NCBI RefSeq assembly: GCF_009914755.1
Contig: NC_060945.1
Length of the DNA: 64,000 nt
Reading direction: 5' to 3' (one strand)
Source: the human T2T-CHM13v2.0 reference genome, Homo sapiens
The first letter of the stretch is position 1; each line of letters opens with the position of its first letter. The notes beneath the pieces were generated by a model that was given only the letters and a program-made list of their open reading frames with translations, was not told the origin of the DNA and ran no database searches. Positions 36,720-50,245 of this stretch are shown in pieces. The position numbers were made by a program, and so were the translations under genes.

Positions 36720-37486
36720 GTACCAGGCCCTGCCTGAGCCGGGGCTGCAGGAGGAGGAGGAGGCTGTGGGAGGATCGCCCCTTCAGAGTGGGGGCTGGGG
36801 GTCCTGGGGACGAGGGGAGCAGGTGGAGGAGTGGTGGGCAGCGGGGCGGCCGTCCTGGCCCCGAGGTCTTGATTTTCTTCCCGGGAAGGCCCCCCAGGCC
36901 TTGGATGGGGGAGCCCTGCAGGGCAGAGGGCCCAGGCCACCTTAAAATCAACCCCAAACTTTAGTTAGCTGCTTTCTCCTTCACTCCCACTTCCTCTCAC
37001 AGAGCACTGTGTAGAGAATTTTAAAGTGATTTAACTTACAAAATTAAGTACATACAGGGTTTTACTTTTAATGTACAGGTTTTAAAAGATAATGTTAGAT
37101 ACATTATGAAATGGTGCATAATGAAATAATTCCCATAATATATTAACTTCTTGGCTAAAAATTTTTTGGATAAAGTCCAGTAACCATTTCAATATCAATG
37201 AATGTCTATGTAAATATATTCTTTGCTGAGGGACCTTAGAAGGTAACTTTGAGGTGGGAAGATGGTTTATGTTTTCGAATTTAAGAAGACTCATTTTTCT
37301 GAAGATGCAAGTTCTTTATCAGTTTTACATAAACCAAATAAAGTTATCAACGTTTTAACATTTTTAAAATTACACACGCTGTCTTTTACTATTGTGATGA
37401 CATTTAACAAATTTTGTAACGGAGTAGAAAAGTCTTGCCCTTCTAGATTTCAAAATGTGCTATTAATTTGCACAAAATGGGCCATG

Positions 37487-38116
<630 letters not shown>

Positions 38117-40775
38117 TCACAAATTATTTGATAACAGCTGAAAAGACAGGTAAATGAATACAACACAGTAGAAAACCAGAAACACCCAAATATCTAAGAA
38201 TTCAGAATTTGATAATGCTCACACTTTATACTAGTAGGGAAAGAATTAGTTTCATAAGTGAAATGCCTGCTTTTTGGAGAAAACTAGATTTTTATGCCAC
38301 AAAGTAAATTTCTGATGGAATATAGATTAAATTTTTTTAATATACAAAATGATAAAAGCACCAGAAGAAAACATAAATGCCTATTTACACAGGTACATTT
38401 TTATGTTGACAACACCTTTCTAAGAAGCTCAGAAGCAAGCAGTCTGAAGGATAATTAAGCAAAACAAAATTAAATTAAACTGTAAGGAGAAAAAATAAAA
38501 GGCAGCATACTTGTAAAATATTTACTACACATGTATGTGCGTGTGTGTATACATATTAGATTTTTAAATCATCATTTTATAGATAATTCACTTAAATCAA
38601 CAAAAAAACCCTCTAATTTAAAATTGAGCAATTTAAATTAGAGATCTAAATTGCAGATCTAAAAATAGTACTTTGCTTCTAATTTAAAATTTGGAAAATA
38701 TTTTCTTAAGATCTGTAAGTGACCTATGCACACAGAAAACAATATTTAGTGTTCCTGGTTACAGAAGGCATTTAAGTTAAAAGAGGAATCAAATACTGCT
38801 TTCTACCTACAAAGTTTGTGAGGATAAAGAGCAGTGATATTTATACTACTGTTTAAAGTTTAAGTTGCAGATAACTTTTCAAATAGACAATTTGGTGGTA
38901 AGTACCATATTATTAAGAAGAATCCATATAATGACTTTTATAAATACATTTCAGTGAATTTACAGCATGGGATAATATGTGACCACTGAAGGTAGAAATA
39001 TGTAGAGAAGTAGGTGACATTTGAAAATGTATTTTGGTGTATCAAGTGAGGGTAAAGTTCAGTTTCATTATACATACACACAGACTTGCGTTATCTGAAG
39101 TTGTGTATGAAATATGATAAAATTTGTTATTTGAGGGCATTTGTTTTAATATAAAATGTTTTTCCTTTTTTTTATCTTTGATTTCCACATTGAGCATGTA
39201 CAATGCTGTTAGAAAAAGTTTATTATTAATGAAATAATTTTTGGGAAGAGCAGGAATATAATTTTGCACCAATAAAAATAATTTCTCACTTTCCATATTT
39301 TAATTATTATTTTTTGTGGATTAGTATATTCTGTGAACTTTTAGCATCTTCAAAAGACAATCTTTTTACCTGTGCTTGTTGATTTACATATACATCTTAT
39401 TAGGCACATATTTTTATTGTATATAGATTTCTTACACATATGTCAATAATTATAGATTAGTGTAGTTTTATTATTAAGAAAATAAAATAGAAAATATAAG
39501 TGCTTTATTTATAGCAGTTTTTTTAAGGTATTGAACTTCTCAACTGTATTTATCCTTTTAATCAATTTATCACATGTAAGCTGAATGCCTATTATGTAGA
39601 AGATACATTAACTCTCAAGATCCTTTCATCCTTAAAAATTTCACATTTACCTGCTCAGCCTTAGCAAAGTGAGAGATTTAAAGTTGGAGTACTAGGAATG
39701 AATCTCAATTGAAGCTTTTCCTCTCATCTTTAAAACAAAAACACTTCTGAAGTAAGAAACTAGTAAAAGATAACTACCAACCACGATTTTGGAAATTTAT
39801 AACAGCTTTAAATAGTAATATTAATCATTGGAAATACCTAATTTACATGCATTCTATAAATTTAAATATGAATTTATATACATTCTGTAAATCTAAACAT
39901 GGAATAAAATGAGCCATACCTACTTGAATCCCAAGTTTTCTTTGGCTTGAAGTTTTAAAAATATTAAAGAAGTACTTTGTTTTAACAGTTTGTTTTTATT
40001 TCAACTCTCCTTTTGTATAGCACTCTTAAAAGCTAAAATTTCTTTAAGTGTTAATCCTATGACTAGGACTGCCATCGTCCTGTTGTATATACCATATTCC
40101 ACTTCGTGGAAGGCACGGTGAATGGTGTGATGCCTCCTTATTTATGTACCAATAAAAGATCGTTTAAATTTCTGCAAAATATACTTGTAACAAATAATGA
40201 CTTATAAGTGGCATTTCAATGTCAGAGATGTTAAAATATGAGAAATAGAGTATCTTAGAATTATTAAAATAGTTTTATCTCTAACCTTTAAAACATACCA
40301 CAAAGTAGGCATAATTTTACCATTTTACTTAAAATGTTTTCTTTGTTAAGTAGTAGAAATAATTACAATATCTATCAATCACTGAGCTGTTACATGTGCT
40401 AGGAATTCTTCGAAATACATTGCACAGATTCTCATGAGGCATCACAGTGATGTCCTGTGAGATAACTGCTGTATTCATCTTCACTTTATTGATGAGAAAA
40501 TTGAGGCACAGAAAGGTTAAGTGATAGCTAGAAGGTGAAAGACTTTAAAGTAATATTCAAGCCCAAGTTGAACTGAATCCAAAGGCCAAGCTCTTTCTAT
40601 TCAAATAGGCCACTCTTTCATTAATATAGTGAGTAATAACAGTGAATGAATGTTGTAGTTTCTTCAGGAGAATATTAAATATTTGTTTTGAAGGCAGAGA
40701 AAGAGCATGGTATTTAATGTTGACAATTACATAAATCATTCTATGTTTTGAGACAGTGGACTAAACTTTCCTTAA

Positions 40776-40952
<177 letters not shown>

Positions 40953-41072
40953 TAAATACATAGAATAAAAATGAATTTATCTCATTGAAATATAACTAGT
41001 TTGTGAAACCTGTGGAATATTTATTTATATTTCCTATAATTTATAATTTACTTCTTGCTTTAATACTGACAG

Positions 41073-41246
41073 GCTCTGCAATGCCAGAGGGAGGCTTGTG
41101 CAAATATTCTCATAGATTCTGGTGCTGATCCAAATATTGTAGATGTGTATGGCAACACAGCTGTCCATTATGCTGTTAACAGTGAGAATTTGTCAGTGGT
41201 GGCAAAATTGCTGTCCTGTGGTACAGACATTAAAGTGAAGAACAAG
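41073..41246 (+). pseudogene. ANKRD30B-like exon 3 (ankyrin repeats)
   Basis: actgacag|GCT CTG CAA...AAC AAG|gtagac; 174 nt, open; ALQCQREACANILIDSGADPNIVDVYGNTAVHYAVNSENLSVVAKLLSCGTDIKVKNK. Confidence 0.93.
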
Positions 41247-42273
41247 GTAGACATTAACCAATGTTATTTTCAAAATATTTGAAATCCATTTGTTTTAACA
41301 TTAACATATGTAAATTGTTTTATATTTGGAAGCTCAAACATTCCTATTTTTCTATGAAAATAGTTTGACAAAACTTAATTGTCTAGGATTTTGCTTTAAA
41401 TATTAATATTTTTACAAGAACTATTAGTATGGCTTTTCTGTGCATTATGATAAATATTTAAATTTGTTAAAGGTAAAACATTTTCAAATATTCTTTCCCA
41501 CCCAAGTTTTTTTTTTTCTTTCCAGTTAGTGTAAAACTACAAGAAAGTAAAATTTGCCTGCATAAATTGAGTCAACATGTAAAATTTAGGAGACATGCAG
41601 AAATCTGGATTTCCTCTTAAAGGATTGAATCTTGTGTCTCTTGAGCCCGTATGACTGTTTGGTATGCTATGAAGACATTCTAGTTTTACATAAAGCATAT
41701 GTTTCCAGTTTGCTACTGTGCCCACCTAGTTACATCACTTATTCAACTTACCTATTTTGCCTCTGTAAATATTTCAGTTATCAATTCCTCTCTCATAGTA
41801 CATTTTGGTAAAGATTTCAAGTTATTGAAGGCAGTTTATAGGTGTTTATAATATATAGTTTATATTTTACATTAATTCATTAATAATGGGGTTGTCTTCT
41901 AGAATTTAGAATATTTTATAAATGATGATTTTTCTCATATAAACCATAAATAATCATCTTCTATTAGAAGGCCTTTAAGCCTTTTTAGATTAATCATGGT
42001 TATATTTGAATAGGTTATGCATATTGCAGAAAAAATATTATATCTTTCTCCACAGAATTGTCCCTTAAAATTCAAGTGATTTAGTGGCTTCTATTTTGCT
42101 AAGCCACATACATGAGTTAGAACTTTCATTAATAAGCCATTTTATTCATACTTCTGATATTTTGCCAAAAAATAGTATCAATTACAATAGAAACCAGAAT
42201 AAAAATGGATTATTGCATTTTAAGAAGTAGATATGCATTAGGATCCTAGGAGTATCATTCTAATAGAGAATAA

Positions 42274-42607
<334 letters not shown>

Positions 42608-43456
42608 TTTTATACTGAATTTCTAATAGCTGAGATAAAATCCTATTGTCTGGTAATAGGATAAACCCCATGGACCATTTAAGAATATGCAATCAAAGTT
42701 TATTTGAAGCCAATCTCTTTTAATTTACAGCCACTTCCTTAGTGACCCATTTAGAGCAGGAGTGCCTGACATTGGCATTTGGAATCTTGGGATCATTGAT
42801 AGAAGAGAATCAAGTGAGTTTGTATCACCCAGAGGAAACCTCCATTTTTGGGGGGAAGCTTTCAAAACTGCATCCCTGAAATTCTAATTTGTCAAATGTT
42901 AATGTTTGCCACAAAAATATACTGTCAAATAAGGATTAGGTAAAGTTCAATTCATTTCTTGAATAATGAACATTTAATTCACAGTTTTATAACATTTCTT
43001 GAACATAGATAATGGTGGAATCTGTTGGGGTACAGTGCTTCTGGTAAGGTAATTATTCTTTGGAATAAAGTTGAAGAAACACTGTTCTAGAAGTAATAAT
43101 TTAGATTACTAATTTAGTAAAAAATAAAGTATTTACTACTATGTCTTAGGGTTTAAGGATATAGAGGTAAAAGATACAGCCCCTGCCCTCAAGAAGCTCT
43201 TGGTTTACATGGGAAACAATAAAATCATTACAATGTAATGATTTTTGGAGATAACCAGAGTTAATGTGGTGATGCAGAGGCTGAATGTTTACAAGAGAAG
43301 GTGCAGTGCATGGGAAAGCACAGAAAAGTGAGAAAGAAGGGATTGCTATTGATTTACTTTCCATTGTTTAAGTTCATAGGATATTATATAAGGTATTCAA
43401 TTCAGCTGAGAAATATGTAATTTCATGAATTATAAATTGTTTTTGCTGTTTTACAG

Positions 43457-43564
43457 GCTGGCCACACACCACTTTTATTGGCCATAAGGAAAAGAAGTGA
43501 GCAAATTGTGGAATTTTTACTGACAAAAAAATGCAAATGCAAATGGAGTTGATAAGTTTAAATG
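43457..43564 (+). pseudogene. ANKRD30B-like exon 4 with +1 A frameshift
   Basis: ttttacag|GCTGGCCAC...AAATG|gtatag; 108 nt. An A7 run at 43525-43531 (A6 needed for TKNANAN) gives TGA at 43550-43552. Confidence 0.9.
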
Positions 43565-43961
43565 GTATAGTAGTTTTTTTATTAAAAAACACTTGAGTAG
43601 TGTGCTAGAGTAATAACACTCAAGTCAGAAATATTAAATTAATAACATTTACTTAAAATTATTAGATTATACAGAAAAATATCAAGACAAATTATCAGTT
43701 AGGAAGAAAAGCAATTATTTGGACTGGTCAACACAAAGAACAGTATACAGTAGGATTTTCTTCTTTTATTATACTGACTGATTCTTATTTGTAATCTGAT
43801 GTTTTTGGTTGCATTATCTTCTATTAGCTAAAGTGGTTCTGTATTAGTTTTAAGAAGTATGAATTTTTAGTTTACTTTATAATTCAATATTGAATGATTA
43901 ACACCTTTATAGTATTTTTCTAACTTCTGTTTTTCATACACTTTTAAAAAATGCAATATTT

Positions 43962-44140
43962 GCTGGGCATGGTAGCTGTTGTCTGTTATCCCAGCAACTT
44001 TGGGAGGCCAAGTGGGTAGATCACCTGAGGCCAGGAGTTTGAGACCAGCCTAGCCAACATGGTAAAACCTCATCTCAATGAAAAATATAAAAATTAGCCA
44101 ACCATGGTGGCACAAGCCTGTAGTCCCAGGTACTCAGGAC
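43962..44140 (+). mobile_element. 3'-truncated Alu
   Basis: Left arm plus start of right arm, ending at CCCAGGTACTCAGG. Confidence 0.85.
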
Positions 44141-44529
44141 AATATTATTCCTAATATTGTTTTAAGTCTTCAGATTGCTCTCACTTGTCCGACTTCTAGC
44201 TAATTTTGAAGTACAAAATATTATATCAGACTAAGGAGGAAATAGATAATTCTTCACTTAAAACTTTGCCTCTTTTAGATTAGTGAACAGAACATATTTT
44301 CTTGCCCCTCAGTGGACTTTATGTTAGCCAATTCTACTATGCCATATCCCAGTGAGACATGAGTCTTTTCACCCCTTCCTTTTAGCCTTGGTCGTGATTT
44401 ACAAGGATAAACACTTGAGCACTCAAGATACTTAACATTTGTTAATACATGTAAATGGTTAATTCTATACTGACAGGCACATATTAAATTGGTTCATTCC
44501 TAATAATGAAGTTATGTCTGTTATTTTAG

Positions 44530-44667
44530 CACAGCCCTCATGCTTGCCATATGTCATGGATCATCAGAGATAGTTGGCACGGTTCTTCAGCAAAATGTTG
44601 ACATCTGTGCTGAAGCTACATGTGGAATGATTGCAGAACGTTATGCTGTTGCTTGTGGATTTAATCT
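44530..44667 (+). pseudogene. ANKRD30B-like exon 5 with inactivated donor (GT>CT)
   Basis: ttattttag|C ACA GCC CTC ATG CTT GCC...; 138 nt, open; TALMLAICHGSSEIVGTVLQQNVDICAEATCGMIAERYAVACGFN; followed by ctaagt instead of gtaagt. Confidence 0.85.
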
Positions 44668-45876
44668 CTAAGTGTTTACATTTAAAGGCTAGGTGAGATT
44701 TTATAGTTTGTTTCAGGTAGTTTTTGAATGACAGTGAGTTAGTTCACTTCATCAGCCAGAAACTAGGCAAAAAGCTAGACTAGTTAGAAAGATTAATGGC
44801 TCCAGGATTCTTTATTTTAGGGCTTTAGGGACGCTAATGTTGTCTACTTGATTTGAAGTATAACCCCTATGCATGGGATAAATATAATGTCACAATTTTG
44901 GTTTTTCTAATTAGTTATTTGGGTCTCAAAATGTCCACTTTAAGCAGAAAACCTGATAGTGTCCCCAGGGGGCTGTCTTCCATACCTTCATTCTTGAATT
45001 TTTTAAAAGAATCTGAACCTAAGTCCAAGGAAGACATTCCTTTTGTACAAGTCAGAAGGATTGGGGGGTGGGAAATGGCCATTCTCTTCATTTTGCTGTT
45101 TCCATTGATTCTGTTGCTGCATCGTTGCCATTGAAACTGCTCCTGCAGTCTGGTAATGATTGACCTTTGTGACCAGGATGCCCTTACTAACACAGATTCC
45201 TCAGTCTTCATGGTATAGACTTCCAAGTTATGACATGTTTTTAAAGTTCACGTACATATTCTCAGCCATTGTTTCCAAAGTACCAGCACCCCACTCTGGC
45301 AGCTAGAACTTTTAGCTTTAGCCACACACATAGTGAGCAAATTGACCCTTCTCCTCACACTCAAAACCTGATGTGAAACCCACATCTTAGCCTGGACATG
45401 GCCTAGACCTTCATGGTAAATTATCCTTTGAGTGGCTTTTTTCTATTTTCTCTAGCCAATATTAGTTGTGGTAGTTTGAAACTGTAAGTCAGGTTGAAAT
45501 AATGTTACAGGAAGAAATTAGAGATCCATTTTGTCTTTGTTACCAGATCTATATCCCTGGCCCTTTATATCCTGTGTAGCACCATTTTGTAGGTAGTGGA
45601 AGGTCTCATCTTATTCTATAAAATCCCATGTCATCTTTCCCAAGTTGTAGTGGGTTCCAACTTGTGGTTGTCCCCTCAAGTGATTCTTTTTTCCTAAAAG
45701 TAAAAATCTCCCATGCTACTTACATCTCCACCTCGAGTTTCTAAAATATTTTCAAATGCTGCATCACCATGAAGCCATTCAATAGACTTCACTAAATCTC
45801 AAGTAAGTTGGTTAGATTTAACAGAGCTAAGCCTCATCCATCCCTCATCAGTCTTCACGTATAAAAGTAAGGATTT

Positions 45877-45983
45877 GTGCTGGCTTCAGTGGTACATATA
45901 GTAAAATTAAGACAACGTTGAGAAGATCAGCATGGTCCCCGCACAAGGATGACATAGAAATCTGTAAGGTGTTGCATATTTCT
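45877..45983 (+). pseudogene. U6 snRNA pseudogene (RNU6-type retrocopy) in intron 5
   Basis: GTGCTGGCTTCAGTGGTACATATAGTAAAATT...GAGAAGATCAGCATGGTCCCCGCACAAGGATGACA...CATATTT is colinear with full-length U6. Many substitutions, ACAGAGA box mutated, no PSE recognised upstream. Confidence 0.9.
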
Positions 45984-47255
45984 TGCAGTCCCCAAAAGGA
46001 CATTTTACTACTTTCTAACTAGCTCCAAGGAAATGGTGTGAGTCAAAGCAAAATGGGTGACACCCAGTATTGCAATTGTGATTTTCATACAAAAAATTAT
46101 TTACATAAGGTGATCTATGAAATGAGATGTGGTAACACATAGGATCTTGTGTGCAATATTTTGTTAGTAGGGATCTCAGAAATGAGAAAATACCAACTTG
46201 CATCTTCTTTGTGGAACTTACAAAAAATAAAGGTAGGGTTTTGTCTTCCACAGCAGCTGGAAATGAACATAGTGACTAAGCATCATTCTAACAAAGATTT
46301 GTTGGTTCAGAGTTTAAGGAGGTAGATAAAGAGTAGTAGTAGTCCAAGCCAGATGCTGACATCTATTAGTTTTCTGCCCTTGGTGTGACTGATGAGCTCA
46401 GTAATAGAGTATAATTAGGTTATCTGATTTAATGATTTAATATATTTATAAATAAATTTCATTACAAAATATAAAATAGCTTAGATGCTCTGAATTACAA
46501 GCCACAAAGAATAGAACATCTAATATCCAAAAGTAGGAATTAATAACAGAAAATTGCAATATTTGAATATTATAACCTATGAAGAAAAACATTTTTTTTT
46601 GTTTTTTTTTTTTTTGTAATTTAATTTTTGTTGACACATGGTCTCCCTATGTTGCCCAGGCTGGTCTTGAACTTCTGGATTCAAGCAATCCTCCTGTCTC
46701 AGCATCCAAAAGTGCTTGCCTCACAAGCATGAGCCACTGCACCAGGCCAATATATTGGGTTTTATTGGGAATTTTAAATTGTTTCAGCAATAAGGTTGAA
46801 GAACAAATAATTTTTTTGCTTCATTTTTTATTTTAAGCATTTTAAAAATGTTATCTTGTTAAATCTTTATAATAACCTAGTGAAATAAGGCCCTAAAATC
46901 CTCATTTTTAGAAGACATTGAGTCTAAGAGAAGCAACTTGTTCAAGAAAAGATACCTGTTGGTAGCCATGCTAGGACTTATTCCGAGTTAGGGACATTTT
47001 CCATATGTCAAGCTAACTTTAGTTAATTTACTGAGTTATACTGCCCTCACTTTATGAGTGTTTTATCTTTCTTTCTTCTTTAATTAGAAGCTTAATAAGT
47101 TCATAGAGCTTGTATACTTAAAGTCTATGGAAAAAGTAATGTTCTGATGTTAGCTCTAATATTGTCTGAAATACTCTAAGAATGTAATAAATTTGGTAAA
47201 TTTTTTTATATCAGTGTTAAAATAGTGATTTTATTTATTTCATTTTTATACATAG

Positions 47256-47320
47256 CATTCATCAACAACTTTTGGAATATAAACAAAAGATATCTAAAAA
47301 TTCTCAAAATAGTAATCCAG
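47256..47320 (+). pseudogene. ANKRD30B-like exon 6
   Basis: atacatag|C ATT CAT CAA CAA CTT TTG GAA TAT...AAT CCA G|gtaaga; 65 nt; IHQQLLEYKQKISKNSQNSNP. Confidence 0.92.
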
Positions 47321-47909
47321 GTAAGACCTCTGATAGTAAACTACTCTTGGTGGTGCTACCATAAGATTATAGGAGTGTTAATCACAAAAGAGCTATTAGA
47401 AAAGCAATGTGTAAGTAGCATGTGTTTACATATAGACCTATATGTAAGTGTTTTTTTATATACAAAGCTTTGATTTAATTTTTTAGTTTATAATTCAGAA
47501 TTCATTAAGAATTTAGTTGTAGGTAGTTTATAATCTCAAAAATATTATCTGAAAAAATATTTGTTTAATTGTGGTCCCTAATATCCTATATAATACTTTT
47601 GTATAAATAAGTAAAACAATTTTTAAGTTTATCTATAGTATGTTTCCCAAACTGTCATAAAAATTTATGCTTGTTATAAAATGTATAATCCTTGGTGTGA
47701 TTGATGAGCTCAGTAATAGGGGATTATCAGCTTATCCAATTTAATGAATTAATATATTTATAAATAAATTTTATTACAAATTATAAAATAGCATCGGTGC
47801 CTTGAATTACAAGCCACAAATAATAGAACTTCTAATAATGAAAAGTAGGAATTAATAACAGAAAACTGCAACATTTGAATATTATAACCTATAAAGGAAC
47901 ACAGTTAAC

Positions 47910-48155
47910 TGTTTAATAAACAAATATTTGTTTATGTTTAATAAACAAATATTTGTTTATTTAACATAAACAAACATATAAAATGTTTATTTGTTAAATA
48001 AACAAATAAATAATTTATTTGTTTGTTTATTAAACATAAACAAAATGTTTATTTGTTAAATAAACAAATAAATAATTTATTTGTTTATTAAACATAAACA
48101 TAAAATGTTTATTTGTTAAATAAACAAATAAATAATTTATTTGTTTGTTTCTTTA
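47910..48155. repeat. AT-rich palindromic minisatellite
   Basis: ATAAACAAATATTTGTTTAT (perfect palindrome) x2, then about 3 units of ~60 nt containing AAACAAATAAAT-A-ATTTATTTGTTT. Confidence 0.88.
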
Positions 48156-48261
48156 TTGTAGAGACATGGTCTCCTTATGTTACCCAGGCTGGTCTTGAAC
48201 TTCTGGGCTTTATTTAATTTTTACAATAAATGATTTGCATTTAGAAAATTAGAATTAATTA

Positions 48262-48708
48262 CAGTTGAGTATTGAGCAACATGAGAGTTAGGGTGCTGAT
48301 CCCCCCATGCAGCTGAAAATCTGCTTTATAGGAAAATCTGTTTCTTTTGACTCTTCCAAAACTCTACAACATTCTACTGTTGACCTGGAGCCTGAAAAAA
48401 GGTGAAAGCTTAAGCAGTCAATTAACCCATAGTTTCTATTTTATATGTACTATATACTGTATTCTTAGAATAAAGTGAGCTGGAGAAAAGAAACTGTTAT
48501 AAAGAGGAAGAAATATATTCACTATTTATTAGATGGAAGTGAATTATTATACATAAAGGACTTCATTCTCATTGCCTTTATGTTGAGTAGGCTGATAAGG
48601 AGGAGGCAAAGGCGAGATTTTTCTTAGTATCTTGCAGTGGCAAAGGAAAAGAAAAATCTGTCTATTAGTGGGCTCCTAGAGTGAGAACCCTTATTCAAAG
48701 ATCAACTG
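48262..48708. mobile_element. Tigger2a (MER28)-like DNA transposon
   Basis: TA|CAGTTGA...TCAACTG ends; internal TATATACTGTATTCTTAGAATAAAGTGAGCT and GTTGAGTAGGCTGA. Confidence 0.75.
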
Positions 48709-49459
48709 TGTGGCATAGTGACTTGCGTCACTAAAAAAGTAACTATCTTTAGAATTTGGAACTCAATAATACTTTTCTTGCACCATAAATGAATGTCAAT
48801 AAGAATTAACATAACTTAGCAAGGATGCATCAGTACCAATAGGAGATTATTTTTCAAAGATACCTACTGAGTGCAGAAGTCAGAAAAGCAATTCTTTGTT
48901 GAGAAGCACAGGTTATGTTACATAGTCTTGTACCAACAAGGTCTCACTATTATCAATTTCATTCCCTCTAAGTTGAAACCAAATAAGATATATTTACTTC
49001 ATTAGAACAAGATGTGTTGTTCTATCTGCTGGATAATTAGTGTGTTGATAGTAATTTTGTTACAACAAGTTACTCTGTTCCTACTAGCCAAAATATTATC
49101 ATTATAAATATACAACTAGCTCAACTCTAGGCTCAACGAATTATAATAAAAGTGGAAAAAATTTTCACAATAACAAAAGTGCTACTGTGATACCTAAATG
49201 TGACAGAATACATTGTACAATATGAACTGTATGAACACATCTTTAATTTATTACATATTTATCAAAGGACTTCTATAAGTTAGATTTTGCAAGTTGCAGG
49301 AGACCAACATGGAATACACATAGTCTGGGTCTTTAAGGTGCTCATAATACAGTAGAGCTGTCTCTGTTGAATTTCTTCATTTTTCCAACAGAATTTCCTA
49401 ACTATGTTTTCTATTTGTGTATCCACTTGTCCACTTAACAAATAACTGTCAGGTATCTT

Positions 49460-49577
49460 TAAGGTACTAAGCATCTTTCTTGTTATTATCATTGTCATTT
49501 TTTATTATTTACTACTTTATTAAGTTACTAAGCATTTTTCTTGTTATTATCATCTTTTTTATTATTTACTACTTTAT
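49460..49577 (+). repeat. Tandem duplication of ~60 nt
   Basis: TAAG(G/T)TACTAAGCAT(C/T)TTTCTTGTTATTATCAT..TTTTTTATTATTTACTACTTTAT x2. Confidence 0.85.
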
Positions 49578-49708
49578 TTAGTGCTTACTCTGTGCCAGAA
49601 CCCCTTTGGGAGCTTATAACTATCACTTATTATGTCATTACCATATTCAGTATGTGTCAGACATTTTATATCCAACGTGAAGAATTAAAGCTTTAAAAAG
49701 TTTGGTAG

Positions 49709-50123
<415 letters not shown>

Positions 50124-50147
50124 TTAACCAGACTGTGTGTTTGGCAG

Positions 50148-50245
50148 AAGGAACATCTGAAGGAACACCTGACGAGGCTGCACCCTTGGCGGAAAGAACA
50201 CCTGACACGGCTGAAAGCTTGGTGGAAAGAACACCTGACGAATAG
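50148..50245 (+). pseudogene. ANKRD30B-like exon 7, 5' part (11-aa repeats), ending at an LTR-derived TAG
   Basis: ttggcag|AA GGA ACA TCT...CCT GAC GAA TAG; EGTSEGTPDEAAPLAERTPDTAESLVERTPDE*. The TAG is the first 3 nt of the 5' LTR. Confidence 0.9.

Larger units (their letters stand above)
35200..36950. promoter_or_regulatory. CpG island and promoter of the ANKRD30B-like gene
   Basis: Abrupt GC- and CpG-rich segment spanning exon 1, in otherwise AT-rich CpG-depleted DNA. Boundaries estimated by eye. Confidence 0.85.
46378..48207 (+). repeat. Direct duplication (46378-~46680 and 47690-~48207) flanking exon 6
   Basis: CCTTGGTGTGAYTGATGAGCTCAGTAATAG...GAATTACAAGCCACAAA...TTTGAATATTATAACCTAT plus the same FLAM/Alu fragment ACATGGTCTCCYTATGTT in both copies. 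Confidence 0.88.

Noticed and set aside
36320-36940. 206-aa minus-strand ORF
   Set aside because: Antisense to exon 1 within a GC-rich island; low complexity, no recognisable domain.
44853-45226. Opposing 93- and 103-aa intronic ORFs
   Set aside because: No recognisable homology or splice context; lengths compatible with chance.
45877-45983. Functional U6 snRNA gene
   Set aside because: Heavily substituted including the ACAGAGA box, no PSE recognised, and apparently flanked by a TSD.
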